From NCBI GenBank assembly GCA_002297965.1, contig DBLF01000123.1, positions 16,287 to 80,286 on the forward strand: a stretch of DNA of 64,000 bases. The letters run 5' to 3'. The stretch comes from Candidatus Segatella papionis. GTDB taxonomy: Bacteria > Bacteroidota > Bacteroidia > Bacteroidales > Bacteroidaceae. Of the stretch, positions 27,835 through 37,188 are shown in pieces; the stretch's first letter is position 1, and every line of letters begins with the position of its first letter. Below the pieces are notes generated by a model. The model did not search any database and was not told the origin of the DNA. It worked only from the letters and a program-made list of their open reading frames with translations. Made by a program: the position numbers and the translations under genes.

Positions 27835-30471
27835 TTAGAAGGAATATTGCGCTGTAAGCATCAACTCTCTTGGGCGCAAATAGTAACTATCCGTCAAGGT
27901 GCTTACTCCACTATACGTGGTTTCCACATAACTCTTTTTGTTGAAGATATTGCGAAGCTCTGCCGAAAGGCGGAGCTTTTTCATGCGCCATACTGCCGAG
28001 GCATCGCCCAGCAAACAGTTGAGCTTGTTGCCTTCTTGCAGTTCGTTGTGGTAATGAACGAGTGAGAAGGTGAGGTCCACATGGCTGATGGTGGCAGTGG
28101 CAGAGAGACTCTGTTTCCAGTCAAAGAGCGATGAATTCGATATTTTTTGACGCTTTGAGTTGTAAAAGGAGAATTCTCCCTCGTAACTGAACTGGCACCA
28201 AGAAGGCGAGAAGTCGATGGATGGCTTCAGCGTATAGTTGTTGCTCTCATAGCTGATGGCTTGATGGTTGGTGTATTGCTCGCCCTTGCTGTAAGCATAT
28301 TCTGCCGTGAGGCGGGTCTTCAGATGCAAGTCATAAAACCCCTTGGAGATATAGAGCGAACCACCGATGTTGTCGCTCTTGCTGTCTTGTTTGTACAGGG
28401 AAGTATAGTAGTTGCTGTCCACGATGCGGAGGTCTGTGGCGGTGTTCATCCAATATCTGCCTCCATTCACGGATACGGACAGGAATATTTCCTTGATAGG
28501 ACGCTTGTAGTCGTAGCTCAACTTGCCGTAGAGCGAACGGGTTATCGGGATGATGTCGCTCGACTGATACCAGGATCGATAACTCTTCCTGTATTGATTC
28601 AAGGCATAATATGCGGCAGAACCTGTGGAGGTGTTATATCCCATGTATGCAGTCAATTCTCGGCGGAAGTCCAGTTTCTTGTAGAGATAGAGGTATGGAG
28701 ATACAGCGAAAAGCGTCTTTTGTGGATGCGTGAAGCGCTCCCAAACCATGTCTGGAGAGAATGAAATGCGGAAATCATCGGTCTTGTATTGCCAAAATGG
28801 GGTAAACTTGCCTGTGATATTCAAGCAGTTTTGTCCGATTTCATCGGAATTCCTGTCGATGGATTCGCTGTTTTTGCCGATTTCATCGGTGTTTCCTGGG
28901 TTCTTGCCATAGTTGCTTTCTTGGCTCTTGGCGTAGAGGTTGTTGATGTCAAGGCTTGCTCGGTATTCTTGTGTCCAATGGAATCGGTTCTTTTGCCAAG
29001 CCAAGGCATAGGCGGTGTGCCACAGATTGGTGCGAATGCGGTTGCGGTCGTCATTCACATAGAGGTCGGCTACACCATGATGGTAGTCGGCAACGGATTT
29101 CCAAGAAAGTTGGCTCTTCTTCCAAACGAAGAGGCGATAGATGTTGGCGGCGATGTTGATGCGAGGAATACGAATGCGCTGGGTAAGCGTGTCGTTGATG
29201 TTCGATAGGCCGTCGTTCTGTGCGGCGTTGAGGCTGAGATGTTCGTTGCCGTAGTGGCTGGCTTGGTTCACTTTGTTTTCGTATTCCAGGTTGAAGGCAT
29301 CGCTGATCATTGTCTTGTGGTTTCGCTCGGTGGTGGAGATAGGAGCGTCTCCTCCTAGGTCGTAGATGGAGGTGTTCTCTCGCTGTTGGCGAATCACTTG
29401 GCGTACATAGTTCGCCTCGATGCGGCTCTCGGCATCCTGCTTGTTCTTCTTAATGTGGTTGATGGAGTACTTTTGCGAGGTGTTGAAACGCAGGCGTTCT
29501 TCATCTATCGGGGCATCGAGACTTGGCGTGGAGAGCCATGACGGAAGGGTTGCAGCCGAGAGTCTGCCGCTGTATGAGGCGAGCAAATCGAAGTCATTGC
29601 CCAAGTTTTTGCCACTTCTATCGTAAGTGGCATCATACATCATCTGCTTTTTCTTGCCTATCTGCATGATGTTGAGATTGCCGCCCACGGTGGTTGGCTT
29701 GCCAACGAGCACGTAAGGCTTGATGGTAGGCATGAACTTGTCGCGGGCACTGTCCTTGAGGGCGATGTTCATCGCCACGTTATCGGTGAAAGTCTTGTTC
29801 TGGAGAGCCTTGATGGGTTGGTCATGCTCGATGACTTCGGCCTTTTTTACATCTTTTGCCTTGATGTTCTCTTCCAGTTGGTTGTATTTGCCGCCCGTTA
29901 GGTCGAGACCTTCCACGGTGAATCGGTTGATAGGCTTGCCATTGTAGTTGATGCGGCCGTTTTTCTCAATATCCACACCCGGGAGCTTTTTCAATACGTC
30001 TTTCAGGGAGTTGTCTCGTTCGTTGGCGAAGCGAGTGAGGTCGAAGGAGATGGTGTCGCGACCTGTAATACGAGAGCCTTTCACTTGTACTTCCTTTAGG
30101 ACGAAAGCGGTGGAAGCCATACTGATGATAGTCTCTTTATCCGATGAAATCGCCATTTTTGTTTTCTTGTAGCCCATAAATGTGGCTTGCAACCTATCAT
30201 TTGCTTGCTTCTCGGCTATCGGGAGCACGAAGGTTCCGTCCTCCTTGGTTCGGGTAAATTTCAAGGGTTTGCCATTGCGGAGCAACGTGATGGACACGTT
30301 GGCGAGGCGGTTGTGGGTCAAGGAATCCTCCACATAGCCTCGAATCTCAGTTGGTGTATCATCGTCATTGAGTAAAAATGGAGTATAGCTCTTCTTGCCT
30401 TGCATCGCCATAGGGATGCAGAGCAAGAGGAAAATTGCGATGAAACCGATAATAATTCTTTTCCTATTCAT
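27835..30471 (-). CDS. Outer-membrane beta-barrel, paralogous to 21915-24644
   Basis: RDTISFDL...DVLKKLPG...YNGKPINRF; ends QYSF. Start placed at MNRKRII, downstream of TACCTTTG (30504-30511, minus strand). Confidence 0.85.
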   Translation of the reverse strand: MNRKRIIIGFIAIFLLLCIPMAMQGKKSYTPFLLNDDDTPTEIRGYVEDSLTHNRLANVSITLLRNGKPLKFTRTKEDGTFVLPIAEKQANDRLQATFMGYKKTKMAISSDKETIISMASTAFVLKEVQVKGSRITGRDTISFDLTRFANERDNSLKDVLKKLPGVDIEKNGRINYNGKPINRFTVEGLDLTGGKYNQLEENIKAKDVKKAEVIEHDQPIKALQNKTFTDNVAMNIALKDSARDKFMPTIKPYVLVGKPTTVGGNLNIMQIGKKKQMMYDATYDRSGKNLGNDFDLLASYSGRLSAATLPSWLSTPSLDAPIDEERLRFNTSQKYSINHIKKNKQDAESRIEANYVRQVIRQQRENTSIYDLGGDAPISTTERNHKTMISDAFNLEYENKVNQASHYGNEHLSLNAAQNDGLSNINDTLTQRIRIPRINIAANIYRLFVWKKSQLSWKSVADYHHGVADLYVNDDRNRIRTNLWHTAYALAWQKNRFHWTQEYRASLDINNLYAKSQESNYGKNPGNTDEIGKNSESIDRNSDEIGQNCLNITGKFTPFWQYKTDDFRISFSPDMVWERFTHPQKTLFAVSPYLYLYKKLDFRRELTAYMGYNTSTGSAAYYALNQYRKSYRSWYQSSDIIPITRSLYGKLSYDYKRPIKEIFLSVSVNGGRYWMNTATDLRIVDSNYYTSLYKQDSKSDNIGGSLYISKGFYDLHLKTRLTAEYAYSKGEQYTNHQAISYESNNYTLKPSIDFSPSWCQFSYEGEFSFYNSKRQKISNSSLFDWKQSLSATATISHVDLTFSLVHYHNELQEGNKLNCLLGDASAVWRMKKLRLSAELRNIFNKKSYVETTYSGVSTLTDSYYLRPRELMLTAQYSF

Positions 30472-30587
30472 ATTGCTGATGCCTTTTTTCTGTTGAGCAA
30501 TGGCAAAGGTACTGCTTTCTGTCCTTATCGCCAAATATTGATATTTCTGAGATATTATCTGTTTCATCGTTTGATATTATTCTTTTA

Positions 30588-31469
30588 TTATTCTAACTCG
30601 ATAGAATTGAAAACGTTCTTTCGGTTCAAGACTTTCTTCATATCTACAGGGTTACCCTTTTCGTCTTGCACTTTGACGTTCTTGAGGTCTATGCCTTCCA
30701 ATACCATGCTAGGAGTGAATTTCTCCTTGAACTGTCTAAGATCTTTTTGGCTAATCTCTTCTCTCTTGCTCTTGGAAATCGTGATGGGAGATGGAGTCTT
30801 CAATGTACTCATGCCCACGGCAGTGAATGTATATTCCTTGTTTTCGTCGTATGCTTTCAGAATCAACCCTGGCAATCCTATCAACTTCCATGGTCCTTCT
30901 TGCAAAGGTACATCTTCTGCATACCAAGCGAACCAAGTTCTACCTTTGAATTGGGTCTTGGCAAGCTGGCAATGGTAGCCGATGATGTCGGCTGTGCTGT
31001 CTGGGATTAGCTGCCAGTCGGGAGTCTCCACGTTCTCGGTGCATTGGTAATCGGTGGTTCCTACAGATTCTAACTGGATGGATTTGCCCGCAGTTGGATA
31101 GTTCTTGTAGTAAGAGAAAGGGAAACATCCACCTTTAGGCAGGTCGGAGAAGTCGAAGTTTCCTGTCTTCACCTTTTCTTGCATGAGTGAATCTTTTACC
31201 TGTTTCGTTCTGTCATAGAAGTTGGTTACTTTTTCGCCGATGTCCAGACGCATCTCGCTGTCTGTGTAGATGAAAGGCTTGATGGATGTGTTGTTCACCC
31301 ATTTTGCCTCGTAGGTGATACGGTACTTGGCGTTGTCAATGTTCACGATTTCTCCCTTTTTGCCTCCTGAGATGGTGGAGCGCACGACGGTTCTCGTCTC
31401 GACTTGTGCTTTTACAGCTGCACTTCCCGTGAAGAGCAGGGCTGTAAGTGCTAAGATCATTTTCTTCAT
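30588..31469 (-). CDS. GLPGLI family protein 4
   Basis: Signal MKKMILAL; FKGRTWFAWY...GPWKLIGLPGLIL; TAACTTTG upstream (31499-31506). Confidence 0.92.
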   Translation of the reverse strand: MKKMILALTALLFTGSAAVKAQVETRTVVRSTISGGKKGEIVNIDNAKYRITYEAKWVNNTSIKPFIYTDSEMRLDIGEKVTNFYDRTKQVKDSLMQEKVKTGNFDFSDLPKGGCFPFSYYKNYPTAGKSIQLESVGTTDYQCTENVETPDWQLIPDSTADIIGYHCQLAKTQFKGRTWFAWYAEDVPLQEGPWKLIGLPGLILKAYDENKEYTFTAVGMSTLKTPSPITISKSKREEISQKDLRQFKEKFTPSMVLEGIDLKNVKVQDEKGNPVDMKKVLNRKNVFNSIELE

Positions 31470-31620
31470 AATTCTATATTTTTCTATTAATCTGCTTGCA
31501 AAGTTAAACATTTTGTGGCACTCTGCAAAAAAAACAGTGCTTTTAACGTCTATTGTATAGACGATAATAAATGAAGAAGGTAAACGAAAAAGTTTTTTGC
31601 CATGTCTGCGAAGTATTTTT

Positions 31621-32454
31621 TTATTGCAGTTCGATAGGATTTCCTTTGAGTCTTCTGTTTAAAGCTTTGATGGCTGCTGCTGGTAAACCCTTTGAAACTA
31701 TGCCTGTTTTTTTCTCCACAGCATGGAGCGTTTCTACAGCATCAAACTTGTTTTTGGCTTCTCTCAATTCCTTTTGAGTTATTCTCTCCCTTTCCTTCTT
31801 GATGAAAATGATGTTAGTAGAGCCATTAAGTGTAGCCATCCCTATTGCGTCGAATATGTATTGTTTTCTTTGGTCGTAGGCACGAAGTACAAGACCAGGC
31901 AATCCATATAGCTTCCAAGGACCTTCGTTCAGCGGAATGTCTTCTGAATACCAAGCATACCAAGTTCTACCCTTGAACGAAGTCTTTGCCAATTGGCATT
32001 TGTAGCCAATGATGGAGGTAGTGCTGTCTGGGATAATCTCCCAGTTAGGAACTTCGATTTTCTCGATGCAGATGTAATAGTTACTTGCAATCCTGTCCAA
32101 GAATGACGTTTCTCCATCTGATGGATAGTTCTTATAAAATTCCCATGAGAGGATTCCTCCTTTGGGCAGCTTCCTCGTATCATGCACTCCAGTTTTGTCT
32201 TGTTCTGTCCTGATGGAGTCTTTGAGTTGCTTGATTCTGTCATAGAAATGGGTGGTTTTGTTACCGATGTCTAGTCTTGTTTCGCTTTCCCAATAGTTGT
32301 ATGGGGTTTTGGTGGTGTCAGGTGCCATCTTGCATGTGTAGGAGATGCGATATTTCACCTTGTCAATGTTGATGACATTCCCCTCCTCGTTGTCTTTGGC
32401 AATCAAGTTGCATACAATAAATATGGCTGCAAGAAATGTTGTGATTCTTTTCAT
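31621..32454 (-). CDS. GLPGLI family protein 5
   Basis: Signal peptide; GPWKLYGLPGLVL. Confidence 0.92.
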   Translation of the reverse strand: MKRITTFLAAIFIVCNLIAKDNEEGNVINIDKVKYRISYTCKMAPDTTKTPYNYWESETRLDIGNKTTHFYDRIKQLKDSIRTEQDKTGVHDTRKLPKGGILSWEFYKNYPSDGETSFLDRIASNYYICIEKIEVPNWEIIPDSTTSIIGYKCQLAKTSFKGRTWYAWYSEDIPLNEGPWKLYGLPGLVLRAYDQRKQYIFDAIGMATLNGSTNIIFIKKERERITQKELREAKNKFDAVETLHAVEKKTGIVSKGLPAAAIKALNRRLKGNPIELQ

Positions 32455-32506
32455 ATTGATGTGATTTTATGTTGTTATTTTGTTTCCTGATAAGGGATGA
32501 ACTAGT

Positions 32507-33649
32507 TTATGTATTTTTGAGTTGTTCTTTTGCTTTTGCAGTCAGCTTCGCCTTCTCTTTCTCGTCGTTTAGCTTGTTAGCTTTTTCCAAGAACATCTGT
32601 AGATAGAGCTTGGCTTGTGGCTTCATCTTAGCAGCGATGTACATTTGGGCGGCATTGTAGTAATTGTGAGGATCGTCCTCGTCATCATACTCTATGCACT
32701 GGGCGAAAGCATGACCAGCCTTTTCGTAATTTAGATTCTTGTAGTAAAGTTCGCCAAGTTGCTGGTTCACGTAAAGACCACGGCTGCGAGGATAGGCAAC
32801 CGTTACCGATTGCTCCAGGTACTTGATGGCATCGTAACTGAGTTTGATTTTTTTTGCGATGTCTTTTTCCTTTTCCGAAAGCTTCTTGCATGTCATGCCA
32901 AGATAGAAGAGACTGTTCATATTGGGGTTGTCCTTCTTCAAATCCACAGATTTCTGCAGGTAAGGATAGGCTTCCTTGTAATTTTCAAGATTATAGTAGC
33001 ACAATCCCATGACGAGATTTGACTCGAAGTTGTCGAATCCTTGGGCTATCAGCTTCTTGTACATAGGGATGGCTTGGTCGTATCTCAGTTGCAAGTAGAG
33101 GGAGTAAGCCAGTTCCTTGTTGATGAGAATGTTGGTGGAGTCTTGCTTTTGTACGTATGACAAGGCTAGGGCGGACACGGTTTCCGGCTTGCCTATGTTG
33201 TTCCTGTGGGAGAGCAAAGCGGCGAATACTTCGCTATCGTTGGGATATTTCATGCTGATTTGCCAGCCGTATAGTCCGATATTTTTATTGTCGCCTAGAT
33301 TGAGATAGGAATAGAAAAACATACGCAAGTCTTCATGGTTGAGGCTGTCTGTGGGGATGCTATCCAACACGGCGACACACTGCTTGCTGTCGCCTCTCAT
33401 TCGAAAACAAGATGCAAGCTTGCGCCGAGTTTCCAAGTCCTGTGGATACTTGGCAAGTTGTTGTTTATAATAGAAAACTGCGTGTTGGGAATCATGCTCG
33501 TTCATACAACTGTCTCCTTTCTGAATGAAAGGAGAGACTGCTTCCTGCTCCTTCTTGGCTTGAATGCCAAGGCAAGTCGTAAGACTTATAAATGTAAACA
33601 ATAGGCTGCGCCAGAAGGACGATGCCATGAATTTGTCTGTTTGTTTCAT
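32507..33649 (-). CDS. Secreted tetratricopeptide-repeat protein
   Basis: Signal peptide; repeated helical TPR-like motifs (MGLCYYNLENYKEA, LGELYYKNLNYEKA). Confidence 0.8.
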   Translation of the reverse strand: MKQTDKFMASSFWRSLLFTFISLTTCLGIQAKKEQEAVSPFIQKGDSCMNEHDSQHAVFYYKQQLAKYPQDLETRRKLASCFRMRGDSKQCVAVLDSIPTDSLNHEDLRMFFYSYLNLGDNKNIGLYGWQISMKYPNDSEVFAALLSHRNNIGKPETVSALALSYVQKQDSTNILINKELAYSLYLQLRYDQAIPMYKKLIAQGFDNFESNLVMGLCYYNLENYKEAYPYLQKSVDLKKDNPNMNSLFYLGMTCKKLSEKEKDIAKKIKLSYDAIKYLEQSVTVAYPRSRGLYVNQQLGELYYKNLNYEKAGHAFAQCIEYDDEDDPHNYYNAAQMYIAAKMKPQAKLYLQMFLEKANKLNDEKEKAKLTAKAKEQLKNT

Positions 33650-33860
33650 CTGTCTCTAAAATTATGTATTCTAAGTTTATTCTTGTAATTTGACTGCAAA
33701 GGTAATAGTAACTATTGAGATAGGCAAATTGGAATTACAAGCGATGAGAGTGATATGGGCTGATAATGAGTAGATTATCAAATAGAAAAACTCATAAAAT
33801 AAGCCTTTTGTAATGTTCCATTGGGTATTCGGAGCATCACAAAAGGCTTATGTGAAGGTG

Positions 33861-35489
33861 TTATTTGATGATTTCATCGAACGCTTCTAAGCTTGCGTCT
33901 CCCTTGATTCTGGATTTTCTTACCCTTACATTCGAGAGGGAGTATTGCAAGATTTGCATCACTTCCTCATCGGTCTTGCCGATATGGTAGAGGATACAGA
34001 AGAGGCATTGCGATGGATTCAAGTCGTAGTTGTCTAATCGTTCGCAGTATTTCTCGTCTATCATCTTGAAACTGGCGAGGAATTGTCGGATGCCAAGCTT
34101 GCCTATCTGACTGATGTTTTGGTTTTGTATCGCCATCGAATAAAACACCAAACCTTGGCTTATGTCGGTGAGTTCGGTGATTTGAGTCTTGTATTCCTCG
34201 ATGTCCTTGTCTCTGCGCCTAAGTTTGCGAAGTTGCGTGGTGATGTCGTGGTTCAGTTGCTCGCATCGTTCAGATAGCGATACATTCTCCACATCTTTAA
34301 GTTGGTGCAACGACTCGTGCAGGCAGTTGATGGTTCGGCGAGCCTTTCGCATTCGGGAGATGGAGAGGTAAGCTGCTGCCAGTAGTATGGCGAGCACGAC
34401 GATGATGTCTATGAATATGTAGGTCTTCACTTTTTCGTAACGATAGCGAGTATTGCCACCCTCGTACATCAATTCCACTTGTTTTACTTTTTCGATGTTT
34501 GGGTCTTTGGCGAGCAATGGAGCTTCTTGTCGCAATTCGTGGGCGATGCTGTCGGCCATGAGTGTGTCTCCTTTTTGTAGGGAGATGAAGTATAAAGGGA
34601 GATAATACTTGTAGCCTAATGCAAAGCTATAGGCACCCAATAACTTGATGAGATCTTTGTCATTGCTGAATTTTTCTTTGATGTGCTGACGGGCGAAGGC
34701 ATTCGTTTCCTTGCTGTTTCTAGCTAGCAGGCGGTAGAAGTCGATGTTGTTGTCATATTGCACCCCATGATTGTCTTCCGCTTTCCTTATATAATATAGC
34801 AAGACGGAATCGGGCACATTGCCCCTGTCCATCAAGGCTTGGAAGTAATGGTAGTACATCGGACCCAAGGTGGAATCTTTATTCTCTTGTATTGTGTTTG
34901 CTTGGGTGAATGCCTGGTTGACAAGTTTCGGGTCCTGGTTGTTGATGCCACGATAGAGCAAAGCCCAGGCACGATGTCGTATGTCATGGGCTTGGCGTGC
35001 CTCGTCCTCTAATTTTACGGTATAGGTGTCTTGGTGGGTGATGCGGCACAGTATGTCGTACATGTCCAATTTCTCTTGTTCCCTCATGTTGCTATCGAAG
35101 GCAATGGCTCGTGTAAACCAATTGATGGCTTGCGTGGTGTCTCGGTAATTATTGAGTGCTGAGGCTCCCTTATAATAGAAGGAACGTGCGAGAAGAGGCT
35201 CGTCCTTTTCGTCCGTCAAGATTCGGATGGCATCGTCTAGGTCGTTTTCTTTGCGAATATACCCCTTGAGCTGATATTCTATCTTGGCAGCTAGGAGCTT
35301 GTAGTAACCCTTGTTGTCATTACTGTCGGCACGAGACAGAAATACTTTGGCTTGTGCAGGATATTCGTCAGCGAGGTTGTCTATCTCTGGGAGAGACAGA
35401 CGATAGCCAGAATCCATGCAGCTGTCGAGAAGGGCTAACTGTATGGTAATGAACAAAAATAGGATGAGTTTCTTGCTTATATCAATCAT
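33861..35489 (-). CDS. Membrane-spanning putative regulator (extracytoplasmic helical/TPR-like domain, TM, coiled coil, LuxR-like HTH)
   Basis: N-terminal signal with SC; TM IFIDIIVVLAILLAAAYL; C-terminal LNPSQ...GKTDEEVMQILQYSLSNVRVRKSRI. Confidence 0.65.
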   Translation of the reverse strand: MIDISKKLILFLFITIQLALLDSCMDSGYRLSLPEIDNLADEYPAQAKVFLSRADSNDNKGYYKLLAAKIEYQLKGYIRKENDLDDAIRILTDEKDEPLLARSFYYKGASALNNYRDTTQAINWFTRAIAFDSNMREQEKLDMYDILCRITHQDTYTVKLEDEARQAHDIRHRAWALLYRGINNQDPKLVNQAFTQANTIQENKDSTLGPMYYHYFQALMDRGNVPDSVLLYYIRKAEDNHGVQYDNNIDFYRLLARNSKETNAFARQHIKEKFSNDKDLIKLLGAYSFALGYKYYLPLYFISLQKGDTLMADSIAHELRQEAPLLAKDPNIEKVKQVELMYEGGNTRYRYEKVKTYIFIDIIVVLAILLAAAYLSISRMRKARRTINCLHESLHQLKDVENVSLSERCEQLNHDITTQLRKLRRRDKDIEEYKTQITELTDISQGLVFYSMAIQNQNISQIGKLGIRQFLASFKMIDEKYCERLDNYDLNPSQCLFCILYHIGKTDEEVMQILQYSLSNVRVRKSRIKGDASLEAFDEIIK

Positions 35490-35645
35490 GTTGTTATCGT
35501 CGAATTGTCATTTTTCAACTTGTAATATTCGTAATCTCTTGCAAAAGTACAACAATTTGCCGATAACAGCAAGAAAACAAGCTTCCTATTTCAGATTTTT
35601 GTAGAAACTCGCAAAAATCTGAAATAGAAAGTCTTTGGGGCGTCC

Positions 35646-36473
35646 TTATCGCTCGATAGGGTTGAAGATTCTCTTTCTTGGTTTTAGCTTGATGGGCTTG
35701 CCGTTCTTGTCTGTCACCTTTTCGCCTCTCAATGCTTCCGTACCGTCGTCTCTTTGTTTGAGCTTGGTAAGGTCGGATTGCGAAACAACTTCTGCCTTTC
35801 TCTCGCTCTTGGCATATTTCAAAGGCTCCTTACCTTTCAGGTCTTCCATGCCGATGGCATTGAGATAGAACTGATTTTGGGCATCGTAAGCTCGGAGGAT
35901 AAGTCCAGGTAATCCGTAGAGCTTCCAAGGACCTTCTGAAACAGGGATGTCTTCTGCGTACCAAGCAAACCAAGTTCTACCTTTGAAGTTCGCCTTGGCG
36001 AGTTGGCAAGGATAGTTCATGATAGTGGTTGCGCTATCGGGGATGATTTGCCAGTTGGGTGTCTCTATCTTTTCTATGCAACAGTAGTGGCTCAGATTGT
36101 ATTTTTCTTCATACATTGTTTCTCCCTTTTTGGGATAGTTCTTGAAGAACTCCCAGTTCATACACTTTACAGGCACCGCCTTTCGCAAGTCGATGACTCC
36201 ACCGCTCAGAATCATTGGGAGTACCTGTTGCTCCCATTGTTGTTGGGATAGATTATAGAAGTGAGTGATGTTGCTGCCGATGTCGAGTCGCATCTGTGCT
36301 CGGCGGTAGATGTACGGTGTTTGTGTAGTGTCATTCACTTGTTTTGCGTCATAGGTGATACGATACTTCACTTGGTCGAGGGTGAGTGTATCCACTCCCG
36401 ATCTCATCTGTGCGTTTGCGGTCAGGCTGCCCAAGGCGAGGATGGCTGCAAGAATCATGAATGCTTTCTTCAT
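35646..36473 (-). CDS. GLPGLI family protein 6
   Basis: Signal peptide; GPWKLYGLPGLIL. Confidence 0.92.
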   Translation of the reverse strand: MKKAFMILAAILALGSLTANAQMRSGVDTLTLDQVKYRITYDAKQVNDTTQTPYIYRRAQMRLDIGSNITHFYNLSQQQWEQQVLPMILSGGVIDLRKAVPVKCMNWEFFKNYPKKGETMYEEKYNLSHYCCIEKIETPNWQIIPDSATTIMNYPCQLAKANFKGRTWFAWYAEDIPVSEGPWKLYGLPGLILRAYDAQNQFYLNAIGMEDLKGKEPLKYAKSERKAEVVSQSDLTKLKQRDDGTEALRGEKVTDKNGKPIKLKPRKRIFNPIER

Positions 36474-36636
36474 TTTCGTCTTCTTTATGATGTTCGTTTG
36501 TAAAGAAGACGGAATAAAGGGAGAAAGGTAAACTAAAAAATGAATCTTTATGAGAATTCATCTGAAAAACTTTGTTGATTTCAGTTCTTTTTCTTATCTT
36601 TGCAACCGATAATATATTGTCAATATCTATCGAATT

Positions 36637-36981
36637 ATGGCAGAAACAAATAAAATATTAGCAATATTGGATAACTATCTCCATGACAATCCTGACGAGA
36701 TTGCCAAGGAGATAGCGGCAGACTTTCGCCGCCGTCGAATTGAAAAGAATTTGACCCGTGAGGAAGTGGCGGACAAGGCGAATGTCGCTGTAAGCAATAT
36801 CGTGAGATTTGAGCAGAAAGGACTCATCTCGCTCAAAAACCTTATCGGCATCGCCATGGCCTTGGAATATACTTCCGAAATCAGGCATCTCTTCTCTGAA
36901 CAGAAGTATCAGACGATGGAGGAATTGGACCAGATAAAGAGAAACATGAACAAGAAGAAGGCTTACCATGGAGGAATGTAA
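36637..36981 (+). CDS. XRE-family helix-turn-helix protein
   Basis: RRRIEKNLTREEVADKANVAVSNIVRFEQKG; TATCTTTG upstream. Confidence 0.85.
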   Translation: MAETNKILAILDNYLHDNPDEIAKEIAADFRRRRIEKNLTREEVADKANVAVSNIVRFEQKGLISLKNLIGIAMALEYTSEIRHLFSEQKYQTMEELDQIKRNMNKKKAYHGGM

Positions 36982-37188
36982 TGGCGAACTAGATCTCACG
37001 GCGCACCGAATAAATGAAAAGCATGAAAAAGACAGGATAGGTTTGAATGTTATCGGAAAGGTGCGTTTCTTGTTAATATTTGTGGGATATAATGTAACTA
37101 AGGCGAAAAATAAGGTGGAAATGCTTGGCGTTTCCACCTTATTTTATTAAATTTGCACCAAATTAATAACTAACAAAACAACTGAAAT

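Noticed and set aside
36968..37150. 60-aa ORF after the XRE gene as a possible toxin
   Set aside because: No recognisable motif and it overlaps the GH3 promoter region
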